A DNA stretch of 64,000 nt from the human T2T-CHM13v2.0 reference genome, Homo sapiens. The position numbers and the translations under genes are program-made. Below are positions 27,265 to 42,325 of this stretch, piece by piece. A model generated the notes under the pieces. The model ran no database searches. It was not told the origin of the DNA and saw nothing but the letters and a program-made list of their open reading frames with translations. The stretch's first letter is position 1. Each line of letters opens with the position of its first letter. The stretch is taken from NCBI RefSeq assembly GCF_009914755.1, contig NC_060945.1; one strand, given 5' to 3'.

Positions 27265-27730
27265 CCCCCCTGTGTCACCTCCTCCCGTGGCCACTTGGAG
27301 AAGTGGTCATTGTGGTCACTCCCCACTGTGGTCACCTCCCCCCAGGTGACCTCCCCACCAGGTCAATTCCCCACCAGGTCACCACCCTACTATGGCCTCC
27401 TCCCCCAGAAGTCACTTCCTCCTGTGGCCAGCTCCCCACTGTGGTCATCTGCCCCCACATAACCTGACACTGTCAGGTCATCTCCCCGCTGTGATCACCT
27501 CCCCCAGAAGCCACCCCTTCCCGTGGTCACCTCCCACCAGGGTGTCTCCCCCCAGGTCACCTCCCCACCAGGTCACCTCCTCCTGTGGCCAGGTCCCTGT
27601 TGTGGTCATCTGCCCCAGGTATCTCCTCATCAGGTCATCCTCCCCTGTGGTCACCTCCCCCAGAGGCCACCTCTCCCTGTGGTCACCTCCCTCCCAGGTC
27701 ACCTTTCCCCCAGGTCACCTCTACCCCACA
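27265..27730. repeat. Degenerate C-rich minisatellite built on GGTCACCTCCCC
   Basis: About 25 diverged copies of (CA/TGT)GGTCACCTCCCC. Confidence 0.8.
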
Positions 27731-27809
27731 CTCATGCTGACCAACATGAGGTGCCCTTCTCCTGCCGGGAGCCCGCCCGGTCACCAACACTCCCCCTGGG
27801 GCTCTCTGG

Positions 27810-27925
27810 CTCCTGACCTGGAGTCACTAGGGCCAACCCCATCAGACATGCTGGACAACTTTATGTGGGTCACTTAATGCCTCTGAACCTCAGCTTCCTC
27901 TTCTGCACGATGGAGACAAAAACAT
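27810..27925. mobile_element. MIR fragment
   Basis: GGGTCACTTAATGCCTCTGAACCTCAGCTTCCTCTTCTGCACGATGG resembles the MIR core. Confidence 0.55.
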
Positions 27926-30834
27926 TTGCTCTTCAAGCCTGTGGTAGGGACCAGGTCAGAGTAAACAGGAAGACAGCTTTCGGCCAGGCGGTGCACCTCG
28001 GTGCCGGTGAGTGTGAGCGTGTGTGCGTGTGCACGTGTGCAGATGTGTGTGGACGCTCCCTTCTCCGCAGCAGCTCCTGACCCCCTGCAGGTGACCCTCA
28101 GCCAGCCCCAGGGCTGCCCCCACTCTCCCCTGTGGACACCTACCTCATTTGGGGTGAAGTGGGGGGACTGGGGTGTGAGGGGTGCTTTGGGGGGCACACT
28201 TCGACCCCTCTCTCTGCAGGCCAAGTCCTGAGGCTCAGTTTCCTCCTCTGTGCCCCGGCGACGTGGTGCAGGCCTCGCGAGTGACGTGAGGGTTCATGAC
28301 CCAGGTGTGGGCAGCCAGCCCTTCACGGGAGGCCACCCACCTGGCCACAGTGCCTGGGAATTTAGGTCGGGCACTGCCGATATGTCGCCTTCCACAAGGC
28401 GGGCCCGGGCCTCTGCTGACCGTGCACCGGTCCTGGGGCTGGGTAATTCTGCAGCAGCAGCGCAGCCCATGCCGGGGAATTTGCGGGCAGAGGAGACAGT
28501 GAGGCCCGCGTTCTGTGCGGGAACTCCCGAGCTCACAGAGCCCAAGACCACACGGCTGCATCTGCTTGGCTGACTGGGCCAGGCCCACGCGTAGTAACCC
28601 GGACGTCTCTCTCTCACAGTCCCCTTGCGTCTGGCCAGGGAGCTGCCAGGCTGCACCCCGCGGTGGGGATCGGGAGAGGGGCAGTGTCGCCCATCCCCGG
28701 AAGGCTGAGCCTGGTGCAGCCAGGGAGTGAGGGGGCGGGAAGCCGGGGTGCTGCCCTGAGGGTGCCCCGACGCGCTCTCCTGGGGCCCTGAGCGGCTGCC
28801 ACGTGCGTCCAGGGTTCTGGCCACAGGGTGGGCAGGGGCCCTGTGCTCCTCACTGGAGGCCCCTGAGGCTCTGGAACTGAGACCATCCACCCGCCGGCCC
28901 CCTCTCGCCGGCTCCGGCACCCCTGCCTACTGTGACTTCCTGCCCCGGACTCGCTCTGCCAGCTTGGGGCAAACCACTTCCCTCTGGGGTTTTCACTTCC
29001 CTCTTTCCCAAGTGGGGAAAGACCACCTGTCCCCGACCCAGAAAGGGCCCCTGCCCGAGGGCAGCAGCAGTGCCAGGCTGGCATGTGAGGCTTGGGGCAG
29101 GCCCGGCCCCCAGAGGCACAGGGGGATGCTCTGTGGGACGCTGTGTCGTTTCTAAGTACAAGGTCAGGAGAGGAGCCCCCTGACCCCGGAGGGGAGGAGA
29201 GGCAGGGCAGGAAACCGCCACCATCTCAGCCCACAGGCCTGGCTGCTGGGAGTTGCTGACAGCCCGCTCCTCCGGGGCCCCCAGGCCCAAGGCCACCCTG
29301 GGGTGTAGCTGTCCGCTAGGCCCTCTGTGCTCCCGGTCAACAGACCCACAGGGCCTGCTTGGCGGAAGGGGAGGGGTGTTAAGAATCAGCCCCCACAGAA
29401 AGCATTGCCAGGGGATTTTGTACCAAACCGAATGCACGGGTGGACGGGCAGGGCCTGTGGATGCGTAGGCCAGAGGGAGCGGAGCGATGACAGGGAGCCC
29501 CCGGGGTGGGCACGGAGCACAGTCCTTTCCCTCCCAGCAGGCACCTCCCACAGCCTCCCCACCTGCCCTCCGCCATCCCAGGTCGCCCCGACCCATCTGC
29601 TGGGGTCCTCACCCGCAGCCCATGAGTCTGGCCGCCAGGACGAGTGCCTATCAGCAGCCTAGACCCTGACCGCTGGAAGGTTGGGTTCTGTGGCCCAGGA
29701 GCAGTACCTGGCGTGCCAGGAATGAGCCCCTCTCACCACAGCCTCACACCCAGCCCCAGTCACACCACTGGGGACCGGGCTGGCCCCGGACACAGGCCCA
29801 CCAGTTCCTCCACCCCTGATTAGGCCCTTCTGTGGTTGGGGTGGGGTAAGCCCTGCCCTGCCTTGCCCCAGAGGCCTTCCACCTCCATTCCTGCCCTCCC
29901 TGGCCTGCCCTGAGTGGCCAACTCCCCACGAGGTTTGCCCCCTGCTGAAACCCTCCCCATGCCCGGCTGGCACCGCTGTCCCATCCAGCAGGAGCAGCCC
30001 CTCCCAGCCAGAGCCTGCCCTCACAGTGGCTTCCCTCGCCGTGTCCAGGGCAAGGCGCCCCTCCCACCCCCAGCAGCCCTGCGAGGCTAAGGTCCCAGAA
30101 GCCTGGGGGAGACCCAGGAGCCATTTCCCAGGACGTAGCGGGGGCTTCCGGGCAGCCTGAGGAGGAGGGAAACGGAGCTTGTGTGGGTTCAGCAGGAACA
30201 GGCAGCCCGTGTCCCCCCTTGGGTCCAGCCTTCTGAGAGTCCCGCCTGCCAAGGCCCTCACCTCCCAGGGAAAGCACTTCACTTCAGTGCAGCTCCTTGC
30301 TGCGACAGCCAAGAGCCCCCAGAACAGCTCCGAGGAGGTCGCAGGACATAAGAAGCCCCAAGGTTGTTTCTGGGGGCCATGGGGGAGGAGAGCCCTGGGG
30401 CACCCCACAAAGAGGAGGAGGCAGAAGTGGGCAGGGAAGGGGAGGCTGTGGAGTCGCGGATCCCACCCGCAAGCAAGGGCTCTGCGCGCTGTTTTCTGTG
30501 TCTCTCCATCTGCCTCTGTCTACCCCAACAGGGAGGATGTGTTTATTTAAAGATGCCGCTACTCACAGCAGAAGTGTCTGTTTCAAAGCAGAAATATGAT
30601 CCTGTTTGGGTTGGAGGAGGGAGTCATTCCATGAGGAAAATATTTCTTCTTTACAAAAAGAGGGCCCTGGAGCGTGGAGAGGGCAGGAGGGCGGACACCA
30701 CGGGGCAGCTGAGAACTGGAAGCGGGGATTCTGGGCTCTGGGGCTAGGACCCCGGCCCAGGCTCTTCCCTGATAGCCCTGGTGACTCAACGCGTGGGTCT
30801 TTTGTCCTTCACGGATAGGAACCGGCGTGTTTGG

Positions 30835-31253
30835 GCTTCTTAGTTTCCTGTGGCTGCCGAAATTCATTCCATCACAATTCTGGAGGCCAGAAGTTCAAAA
30901 TCAACATGTGGGCAGAGCCACGCACCCTCCATGGGTTCTAGCGGAAGATCCTTCCCTGCCTCGTCCATCTCTTCCAGCTCCTGGTGGCCCTTGGCTTGTG
31001 GCTGTGCCACTCCAGTCTCCGTCTTCACGTCCGTCCCCCTCGTGCCCGTGACTCTGGGTCCCAATTTCCCCTCCTGTCAGGTGTCTCTGTGACAGGACCC
31101 CTGTCACACAGGGATTAGGCCCACCTTGCTCAAGTATGACCTCATCTTAACTTGATGACTTCTGCACAGACTCTATTTTCAAATGAGATCACGGCAGGTG
31201 CCAGCGCTTAGGACCTGGACATACCATCTTGGGGGCACAATTCAACCCATAAT
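30835..31253. mobile_element. MaLR MLT1 (A/B/C-like) LTR
   Basis: TCACAATTCTGGAGGCCAGAAGTTCAAAATCAA...ATGACCTCATCTTAACTTGA...GGGGCACAATTCAACCCATAATA. Confidence 0.75.
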
Positions 31254-34200
31254 ACCCTCCTTCTTAAAAAGAAAGTGAAAGTGGAGGCCGACCTTGAAAC
31301 GCCAAGGCCTTCCTCCTGCGGGGGCGGGGTGGGAGAGGGGCCTGGCCACCCGCTGAGCCCCGCTCTCAGGCAGCATCTCTGGTGGTAGGAGGGGCCCTGG
31401 GGGGCAGCACAGGCAACAAAACCCAGGATGCCCTAGAGGCCCGTCACTGCCCAGGGGGCTCTGAGGTCCGGCTGCAGCATCAGGGTCTGACCCGCTCGGA
31501 CATTTACCGCCTCTGTGATCTGGACTGAAGGCTTCAACCTTTAGTTCTCCCTCTGTGAAGTGCGCTGACAGAGAGGCCTTGGTGAGGTCACCGGGACAGC
31601 TTGCCCGTGCCCAGCGAGGGAAGGAGGAAGATGGGGCCGGCCACTCCGCTCAGCTGCAGGACGACACCCTTATGTACTTCCCAGCTAACCTGAGACCTCA
31701 GTTTCCCCATCTGCACCCCTGTGAGGACAAAATCTCTGCTTTGCTCCCCACCTTACCCACGCATGAGGCCTCACCCTTTGACACAGCAAGATGAGCCCCA
31801 GGAACGGGAGGTGGGAGAAGGCAGCCTAGCCAGCCTCTACATCCAGAGGCCCACACCCCCAGCCTTGCGTCTGGGGAACGTCCCAGAGTCCAACCATCTC
31901 CCATCTGAGGGGCTTGGGGTCCTGCAGCTGCAGACGACTGCACCCTCAGGGCCGACACCCACCCTGGACGGGCAGACATGCACCCCTGCTTACGCCAACT
32001 GCTCTGTCTGGGTGCCAGGCAGGGACAATTCAGCCCTATCACGGGAGCACTGCCGGGGGCTCCCACCCACCTCTGGTCCTCCGGCCACGTGTGCCTCAGT
32101 TTCCTGACCCATAAAGCAGGGAGGCTGCGATGACAACCTCAGGGGGGAACATCCCCAGGGGCCTGGGCACAGTGGCGTTCAGGACATAAACCACTGTGGC
32201 CAAAGCCTCTGGGACAGGCCTCTGAGCATATGCAATCAGGAGAGTGGGGAGAAGCCAGTCGCTGGGTCCAGGAAGCAGAAGGGAGGGTGCTGAGGGCACC
32301 TGCTGTGGGTGCTTCCTTGGGGTAGAAACGAGACCAGAAGCCCCTAGGGATGAGAGCCTGGCCACGGCAGGGACCCTGGAATACAGATGGATCCCACATG
32401 CAGAGCGCGTCCCCGGGAGACCCCAGACCTGGACGGTCAGCAAGGCCTGGGGTGAGAAACAGCTCGGTCCCAGGTAGGAGGGGTGCCCAGAGCCACCACA
32501 GGCTCTGTGACGGGAGGGCCAGGCAGCCATCACCGCCCACTGGGCTGAGCCTGCCCTGCACTTCCAGCTCCTGCTCCCGGAAACTGCCCGGTGTGGGGGC
32601 CAGAGGGTGACCCCACAGCACTGTGGCCCAGAACACGCGAAGGCAAGCTTCACCCGACTCGGACCACTGCTACCGACCGTGGCCAGCCCACATCACTGGA
32701 GCCCGGGCTCTTTCCCCCGACTGGGGGCATTGCCGGGGTGTGTGCTGGGGTGCGCCCCCGTCCCCCACAGGACCTGGCCGTCCACTCCACTCACCAAGGG
32801 CAGCTCCAGCCACCCCCTGCAAGCTCTGCTGGACCCTCCCGCTCCCTCACCCATTGCTGTAACCTTCCCGCCATCCTTGGTGCCAACCCTACACCTGGGA
32901 GCCACAAACGCCTCTTGGATCCCAAGCCTCCAGGCAGGGTGGTTCTGAGCGGGGTAGCATCTCCCAAGCCCTGGCCAGCCCCGAACCCCCTGCACCACCC
33001 CAGCAGGGCCCGGGGAGCTGTGGTGCTCTGAATTCTGAGTGGCCGATGGCGCATCATGCCGGTGAGAGGTAATAATCACTGCCTGACTCAGACACGCAGA
33101 CTGCTGGGCTGTCATGCCTATTTCAGGAAAATTAATTATACCCCATGCCGAGAGGGAACTCGCCCATTTAACGTCTTCAACGCACCTGCCCAGAATGCCA
33201 TGGCACAGCCTGCCTGCACCCCTGGGCATGGGAAAGGGTGGGCAGAGCCCCCAGTTTCTCCAGGTGTCAGGCGGGCTTGCAGGGTGGTGGCCAGCAGGGC
33301 TCCAGGCCCTTCTAGCCAGGCCCGACCCCGTCACCACTGATACTGGAAACTGCAACCTTTGCCCAGGGAGTCCCCTTTGAAAGCCAAGCCTTTGATCCAG
33401 CTGAGTGCCAGAAAAGGCCTTGGGCCGGCCCTGGGGCTGGCCCGAGGACCTGGCTCAGGGACCTGGCTGGCCCTACTGTGGCATTAGAAAGCTCCGCACC
33501 AGTAAGCCGACCGTTGCCCACATGGGAAGGCTGCCCTATGCCCTCTGGACAGCTGGCCCTGCTGGCAAGCCCGTTTCCTTCTCCTACTTGCTCTATGGGG
33601 CCTGCTAAGATGGACAGCAGGCACGTCCAGGACCAGGGGCTGGGAGCTGGGCTTAGCTGCCCTGGGCTGAAATTCAGCCCAGGCCTCTGGGCCCCGAGCT
33701 TTACCTTTCCCTGGCAAGAGTTGATGTACACGTTGGCGTAACCAGGCTGCACACATCCCAGGACAAGCTTCCCAACTGTGACTAGCCATGGCTCACGTTT
33801 GCCTGGGTTCCCCCACCAGGCTCGCCCCAGGCCTGCCCTTGCTATGTCCTCAGACACCCGGGGGCAGGCACAGCTGTCACCCTCCTGGCAGCTGGAAAAG
33901 AAGGGCTTGAGCAGTTCTACAGCTCAGCGAGGCTGCAGGGCTTTGCAGGGAAGAGCCGCCAGGTGCCAGACGTCACGCGTGGCAAGGCAAATCCTACAGC
34001 CGGAACTGGCTGGCTCCGGTGCAGGCTTGGGACTTGTAGGCACACAGATCCACCCCGTCCTAGAGAAGCTGTCATTGCCACATCTACCAATTGAGGCTGT
34101 TGCATTTGTTAGTAGTTTTCAAATGTGTTTTGTCATTGTTATCATAAAAATAAATTTTATAAGAACACCATTCCACCAAACACAGTAAGAGTGATGGTTT

Positions 34201-34469
34201 CAGGCAAGCCCACAGCCTCCCTAATGCTTGCTGTGGCCCGGCGTCTACCATCTGACCACGAAGACGTGGACAGAGGCGTGTGCACCCCATCCCCTTCCCA
34301 CGTAGAGATACAATGGGTAATTAATGCACAGTTGACCCAGGAGATGACATGAAAAGAGGACATTCCCAGGAACAAAGAGGAGACCAGACAAACCAACTGG
34401 ACACAGAGCAAGAAACACAGGCATGTCATTCACTACACTCAATACTACATGGGCTTCAGCAACCTACGT

Positions 34470-34487
34470 GTGGATAAAGAAACTGTG

Positions 34488-34526
<39 letters not shown>

Positions 34527-34892
34527 AATACTACTCAGACATAAGAAGTAATGAAGTAATGGCATTTGCAGCAACTTGGATGAGATCGGAGGCTATTATT
34601 CTAAGTGAAGTAACTCAGGAATGGAAAACCAAACTTCGTATGTTCTCACTTATAAGTGGGAGCTAAGCTATGAGGATGCAAAGGCATAAGAATGACACAA
34701 TGGACTTTGGGGACTCAGGGGGAAAGGGCGGGAAGGGGGTGATGGATAAAAAACTACAAATCGGGTGCAGTGTGCACTGCTTGGGTGATGGCTGCACCAA
34801 AATCTCAGAAATCACCACTAAAGAACTTCCTCACGTAACCAAATACCACCTGTTCCCCCACAACCTATGGAAATAAAAAAGTTTAAAAAAAG
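34470..34892 (+). mobile_element. L1PB-like 3' end with an internal (TA)n
   Basis: TGGATAAAGAAACTGTGG...ATGTTCTCACTTATAAGTGGGAGCTAAGCTATGAGGATGC...AACCTATGGAAATAAAAAA. Confidence 0.85.
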
Positions 34893-35499
34893 GCTGCTAA
34901 ATGGGCTAAACTCACCAATGAAAAGCAGAGATGGTTGGACTGGCTAAAAATCAAAGACTTAAAGTATGCTGTCTGCAAGAATCACACCTGAAAGACAAAG
35001 ACAGACTGCAAATATAGAAATGGTCAAAGATACAGCATTCAAACCCTGACCCCGGGGCGGCTGGCACGGCCACGAACATCGCAGGCAACATAGACTCCAG
35101 GGCAAGGAAGATGGACGAAGACACGTGGAGACAGTTCATCAGTGAAGAAAGGGTCAGCCTGTTAAGGAGACCCACAGTCCTAAATATGCACGCACGTGAT
35201 GGAAAGCTTCAAAATATGCAGCTGGAAATGAGAGCAGTGAAGACACAGATGAAGGCACGAGCTTCGTCCGCCACCTCACGCTCTTCCCCCAGCAATGAAC
35301 AGAGAAAGAAGACAGGTCAGTGGAATGTAGACAGCTCCAAAAACAGCATCTCCAGCTCGCTCGGATGTCTGGAGGCTTCCCGACCGCAGCAGAATACGCG
35401 CTTTTCTCAGGGCACATGGTGTAGACCCAAGCAGTCAGCTGTAAATTAAAAATTAACAACTAAAAGTTACCTAAAAATGGCTAAGTATTAAATAATTAG

Positions 35500-35962
<463 letters not shown>

Positions 35963-36231
35963 TAAATGTTTATATCAGAAACAAGATATAAAATCAATGA
36001 TTTGATCTTTTAAAAAGCTAAAGAAGAGAAAATTCAAATCAAATTAAGTAGAAAAGGGTGATAATACAGAGAGGAAATCAACTACATAGAAAATGAATAA
36101 GCAATAAAGCGAATCCATGGAACCCAAGGGTGGATCTTGGAAAATTAAAACAAATTGATAAACTTCCAATCAAAAAGATAAAAGAGAGTAAATACAAACC
36201 TTTAATATCAGAAATGAAATGGAAGACATTA

Positions 36232-36572
<341 letters not shown>

Positions 36573-37016
36573 GAGAGAGAGAGAGAATATTGTGGACTTT
36601 ACACCAACAGACCTGACAACCCGGAGGACAGGAGCATGTGCCGTGACAGACGCGAACTTTCAAACTCACTCGAAAACGAAATCCCAGATCTGAATGGTTC
36701 TCAACCTACTAAAGAAACTGAATTTGGGATTCAAAACCTTCTGATTAAGAAACTAGGCCCACATGCCTTCCGTGATTTAAAGAAGCATTTAGGGACTCAA
36801 ACATTCAAGGAACAAATAATAACAATTCTACACAAGTAGACAGTCAATACAAGGTGCAGAAATTGACAAGCTGATTCTAAAATGTATACAGAAATGTAAA
36901 AGACCTAAAAAAGCAAAAATAATTTAGAGAAAGAACAAAATTAGATGATTTCCACTACCTGGTTTCATTAAGATTTAAGCTATGAGGATAATAATAATCA
37001 AGACACGTGCTGTGCT

Positions 37017-37296
37017 GGCCAGGTGCGGTGGCTCACGCCTGTAATCCCAGCACTTTGGGAGGCCGAGGTGGGCGGATCACAAGGTCAGGAGATGGAGACC
37101 ATCCTGGCTAACACGGTGAAACCCCGTCTCTACTAAAAATACAAAAAATTAGCCGGGCGTGGTGGCGGGCGCCTGTAGTCCCAGCTACTCGGGCGGCTGA
37201 GGCAGAAGAATGTCATGAACCCGGCAGGCGGAGCTTGCAGTGAGCCAAGATCGCGCCACTGCATTCTAGCCTGGGGAACAGAGCAAGACTCCATCT

Positions 37297-37328
<32 letters not shown>
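37017..37328 (+). mobile_element. Alu (AluY-like)
   Basis: GACCATCCTGGCTAACACGGTG and GGCGGAGCTTGCAG diagnostics; ~32-nt A tail; TSD AAGACA(C/T)GTGCTGTGC. Confidence 0.95.
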
Positions 37329-37330
<2 letters not shown>

Positions 37331-37908
37331 CATGTGCTGTGCCACAGAACAGATAGATCCGCGGAACACAGCAGAGCCCAGAAGCAGACTCTCGAGTTGA
37401 TGGTTACTTGATTTCTCACAAATGTGTCATATTAATTCAATGGGCAAAGCGGAGTCTTTCAGTAAACGGCGCTGGAACAACTGGTTATCCACAGAAAAAA
37501 ATAAAAATAAACCTCAACTGCTATCCCGAACCAGAGGCAAAAATCAACTCAAAGTGGACAGAGCTGTAGACACGAAGGCTGAAAGCATAAACCCACTGGA
37601 AGGGCACACAGGAGAGCCCCCAACACTGGGGTAGACAGAGCTTTCTTGGATAAGACACAAAAAGCACCAGCTGCAGAAGATTAAATGATCAGCTGGACTT
37701 CATAACAATAAAAACCTTCAACTCTTCACTCTTCAAATGAAAGGCAAGCCACAAGGGAGAGAAATATTCTGTGTGTGGCAGGAGGAGAGGGTACAGACAC
37801 ATACACTCATGTGACAAAGGGACTTGGGTTCAGAATATAAGGTCAGAATATAAGGAACTCCAACAACTCAATAATAAGAATTCAAACAACCCAATAAAAA
37901 TTAGCAAA

Positions 37909-38555
<647 letters not shown>

Positions 38556-39444
38556 TCATTTATAATCGCCCCATGCCGGGAACCACCCAAACGTTCATCA
38601 CCAGGTGAGTGGGTAAACAAACGGTGGCCTTCCCCACCACGGAACACGACTCAGCAGGAAACAGGAATGAGCTCCTGATGCGCGGCACGTGGAGGAAGCC
38701 ACGTTTAATTATGCTGAGTGAGAGAAGCCAGCCCATCAGGAGCACACGCTGTCTGATTCCATTCCTAGGAATTCTGGAAAATGCAAACGCATGCCCAGTG
38801 ACAGGAAGCAGGTCATCCGTTGCCTGGGGCCGGGAACACGGCAAGGGCACGGAGCGGAGAGCCCAGGGGAGCTTTCTGGGTGACAGGCGTGTTCTGTGCG
38901 TCAATTCTGATGGTGGTGACCCAGGTCGGTGCCCGGCAGAACTCCTTGAAGTTCGCACCAAAGACGACGCATTTGGTTCAGGTCACTGGGAGCTCGGTGG
39001 AGCTGATTTGTTCTGGGGCACATTTCTGCTGAGACGGATTTGCGTTCTCCCCTGAGCCTCACAGTCTTCCGGCCCCCCGCTCTGGAACCCAGGGCCCCGG
39101 GCTTTCCACTTAACCTCTTGGCTGGAAGGGAACATGCTCTGTGATCATAGGAAGGTACCTTCCCCTTCAAATTTCAAAGAAAAGCCCCTAAAATCTGCTG
39201 GGGAAGCCCATTCATTCCAGACCAGAACACTGCAAAGGACAAAAGGGGAATGGAGCATTTCTGGCCACCTGGGTTCCCTGAGTACTTTTTCTAAGTCCTT
39301 TCTTGTTTCTTGTTTCTTTCTTTCTTTCTTTTTTTTTTTTTTTTTTAACAGAAATCACATTCAAATACGTGAAATAATAATAATTAGAAAAAAGTGAGTC
39401 AGACTGAGACCCCAGCAGTTCCCCTGAGGAAAGAAACTGAACAT

Positions 39445-39758
39445 TCCCTACCTCCTCCCTCCCTCCCTCCTATCTCCCTCCTCCCTCCCTCGTCTCCCTC
39501 CTCCTTCCCTCCTCTCTCCTTCCCTCCCTCTTCTCTCCCTCTCTCCCTCCTCTCTCTCCTTCCCTCCCTCCTCTCTCCTCCCTCCTCTCTCTCCTCTCTT
39601 CTCTCCCTCCTCTCTCCTCCCTCCCTCCTCTTTCTCCTCTCTTCTCTCCCTCCCTCCCTCTCTGCCTCCCTCTCTTCTCCCTCTCTGCCTCCCTCCTCTC
39701 TCTCTCCTTTCCTCTTCTGTCCTCCCCTCTCCCCTCCCTCTCCCCCTCTCTCTTCTCT
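39445..39758. repeat. CT-rich polypyrimidine low-complexity tract
   Basis: ~310 bp of almost pure C/T. Confidence 0.95.
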
Positions 39759-42029
39759 GCCAGGCGCCACACCAGCTGCACAGGCAGGACCCGGAGCCCA
39801 GCCCTCCTGGTCTCTGAAGAGCCAGACCTGGACACCTTCCTCAGGACCCGCCCGCCTCCGAACAGCAGACTCCTCCCAAGATCAGAGGTGGGGCCACAGG
39901 CAGGGCGGCTGTGCTCACCCAAGCCCTCACCAGCATGCCGCCTCAACACCCCGGTGTTATTCCGGAAGAAACACGAAGAGGCCAACTCTGTTTCTTCCAC
40001 CCCAAGAGAGTCGGTTCCTCTTAGGTCAGATTCAGTTCCTGCCTCCGAGGGAGGCGAGCACGTGCAGAAACAGGTGGATCTTCCCTCGGCTCCCTCCAGG
40101 CTGGGCCCAGGGACCTCCCTCTGGCTGGGGCATCCCCTCTCTCCCCACCCCCACCCCGAGAGGCCAGTCCTGCTCCTGGGAGCCAGTATTTCTGGACTGC
40201 CGGAAAGCCTTCTTCTTATCCCGCGGCCCAGCGAGGAGAGCGCCAGCCGTTCAGGGTGACAGAAAAGCACAGAGGCAGGGCCCAGGCGCCTCCAGGCGAA
40301 GGCCTCCGCTCCCACCCCTGCGAGAGGAGGTGCGTCCACGACGGAATAAGCAGGCGGTCAGGTCGCCAACAATCCGGTCAACCAGGGTGCTTCTTCCCTG
40401 GTGGGTGTCTGGCCCCGTTCTTGCTGGGGATGGCGCTCGGGGATGCCACCGTGTTTCCCCAGGGCCCACTGTGCACCCTGCATGTCGCGCCCTTGTCACG
40501 GGAGCGGCCTGCTGACCCGGAGCACGCGTGGCCGTCACAAAGGGCTGCAAAGCTGCAGCACCAGAACGCAAACTCAGGCGTGCGGCAACGGAGGCCACGT
40601 TCTCAGCCACCGTGCCACTCTGCATGTCAGCTGGCTGGGCGTGCCTCCGTCTTGTGTTAGCAAGGACATGGCAATCACCTGATTTGCTTTGGTTGAAGCT
40701 CCAGGCAGTACCTGGCCCCTCACCAGACTGAAAAAGAAAGTCCCAGAACCCCAGAACCCCGCATGGCTCAGAAGTGCCATCGAGTACTAGGGGTGCGCCA
40801 GGGCCCGGCTCAGCCCGGCCAAGCCCCAGCAGGAAGGAACATGTCCTCAACGAGAACATCCTGCAAAATGCCCGGGGTGGGTGGGGGATGCTCACGGTGC
40901 CAGACGTGGGCTAGGGGCCATAAAGGACCCTCAGGCAAGGGGCAAACACACCCATGGGTGTGGCCAGCTCCCTCTACCCATCAGGACCTCCCCAGTGGAG
41001 GGACTGAAATGACTCAGGAGCAGATCAAGGGGCCCAGGGCAGAATTCTGGAGTCCTACAAGGCCTGTGGGAGGCTCCCCAAGGGGGGCTCCAACTTTCAA
41101 CCTGAGAAGTCTAAGCCTCTATCACCATCATCATCGCCATCGTCTTCGCCACCATCAGGAGTTCTGGAAGAAGCGCCCAAGCATGGGAGACGCAGGGATG
41201 GTTTTGCCAGTGCTGTGTGTTAAGGAGCTGCTACCTGCTGGGGCTGCTTCAGTACCCTGGAGCACCATGAGACACATCTGTCCCCACGAGGAGCTGACCA
41301 CTAGGTCGGGGAGCTGAGACATGGGCAGGTCACACCCTGAATTCGCATGCACGACACGACAAGAGGTTCCGACTCGAGGTTCCTGGTTTCTAAGGCTCCC
41401 AAACAATAAACACAGGTGCCCTCAGCACAGCCGCCCGGCTCCTTGTTCAGCAGATGCCACACAGCCCAACCTTGGTGTCCTGAGGCGGCCCCACTCTAAG
41501 CGGGGTGGAGCGACGAGGCTGCCTGGAGACAGAGCAGCTCCGTGGGCCCCCAGCTCCCCTGCCAGATTCCCCCACACAGGCATGGCCCAAGCAGGCACCT
41601 CCGCTCACTCAGGAGTGCTCAGCCCTGGTTTGGCCTCCCTGTCAGACAGCCTCAAGCCACTAAGCCAGCGGCAGCCACAGCCAGGACCTCGGAGGCTACT
41701 GCTTTGTTCTTAGAGACAGCAAAACCGCAGAGATGACTCAGAAGACAAAGAGCCCCCTCCCCGGCCTCTCCCACCATCCAGCTGCCTGAGGGGCCGTCGC
41801 AGGGCAGGCTCTCCCGAGGGCCAGGACGCCCTGTCTGAGCAGGGCTCCAGGAACAATGAGGCTGGCCCCGGCCACACTTATGCCCAGCCAACCTCAGCAC
41901 TGACAGTGGCCTGCCCTGTGCCTGCCCCTGCCCATGGCTCCTGCCTGCTCTCCTCATGGGAACTGCTGCGCACTCACTGAGCATCTGCCTCCTTGAGAAA
42001 AAACTTTGTTTTCTTCTTAAAAACATTGT

Positions 42030-42325
<296 letters not shown>

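Noticed and set aside
39394-40515. 373-aa Pro/Ser/Leu-rich ORF and its 289-aa antisense ORF
   Set aside because: Driven by the CT tract and high GC; no recognisable protein.
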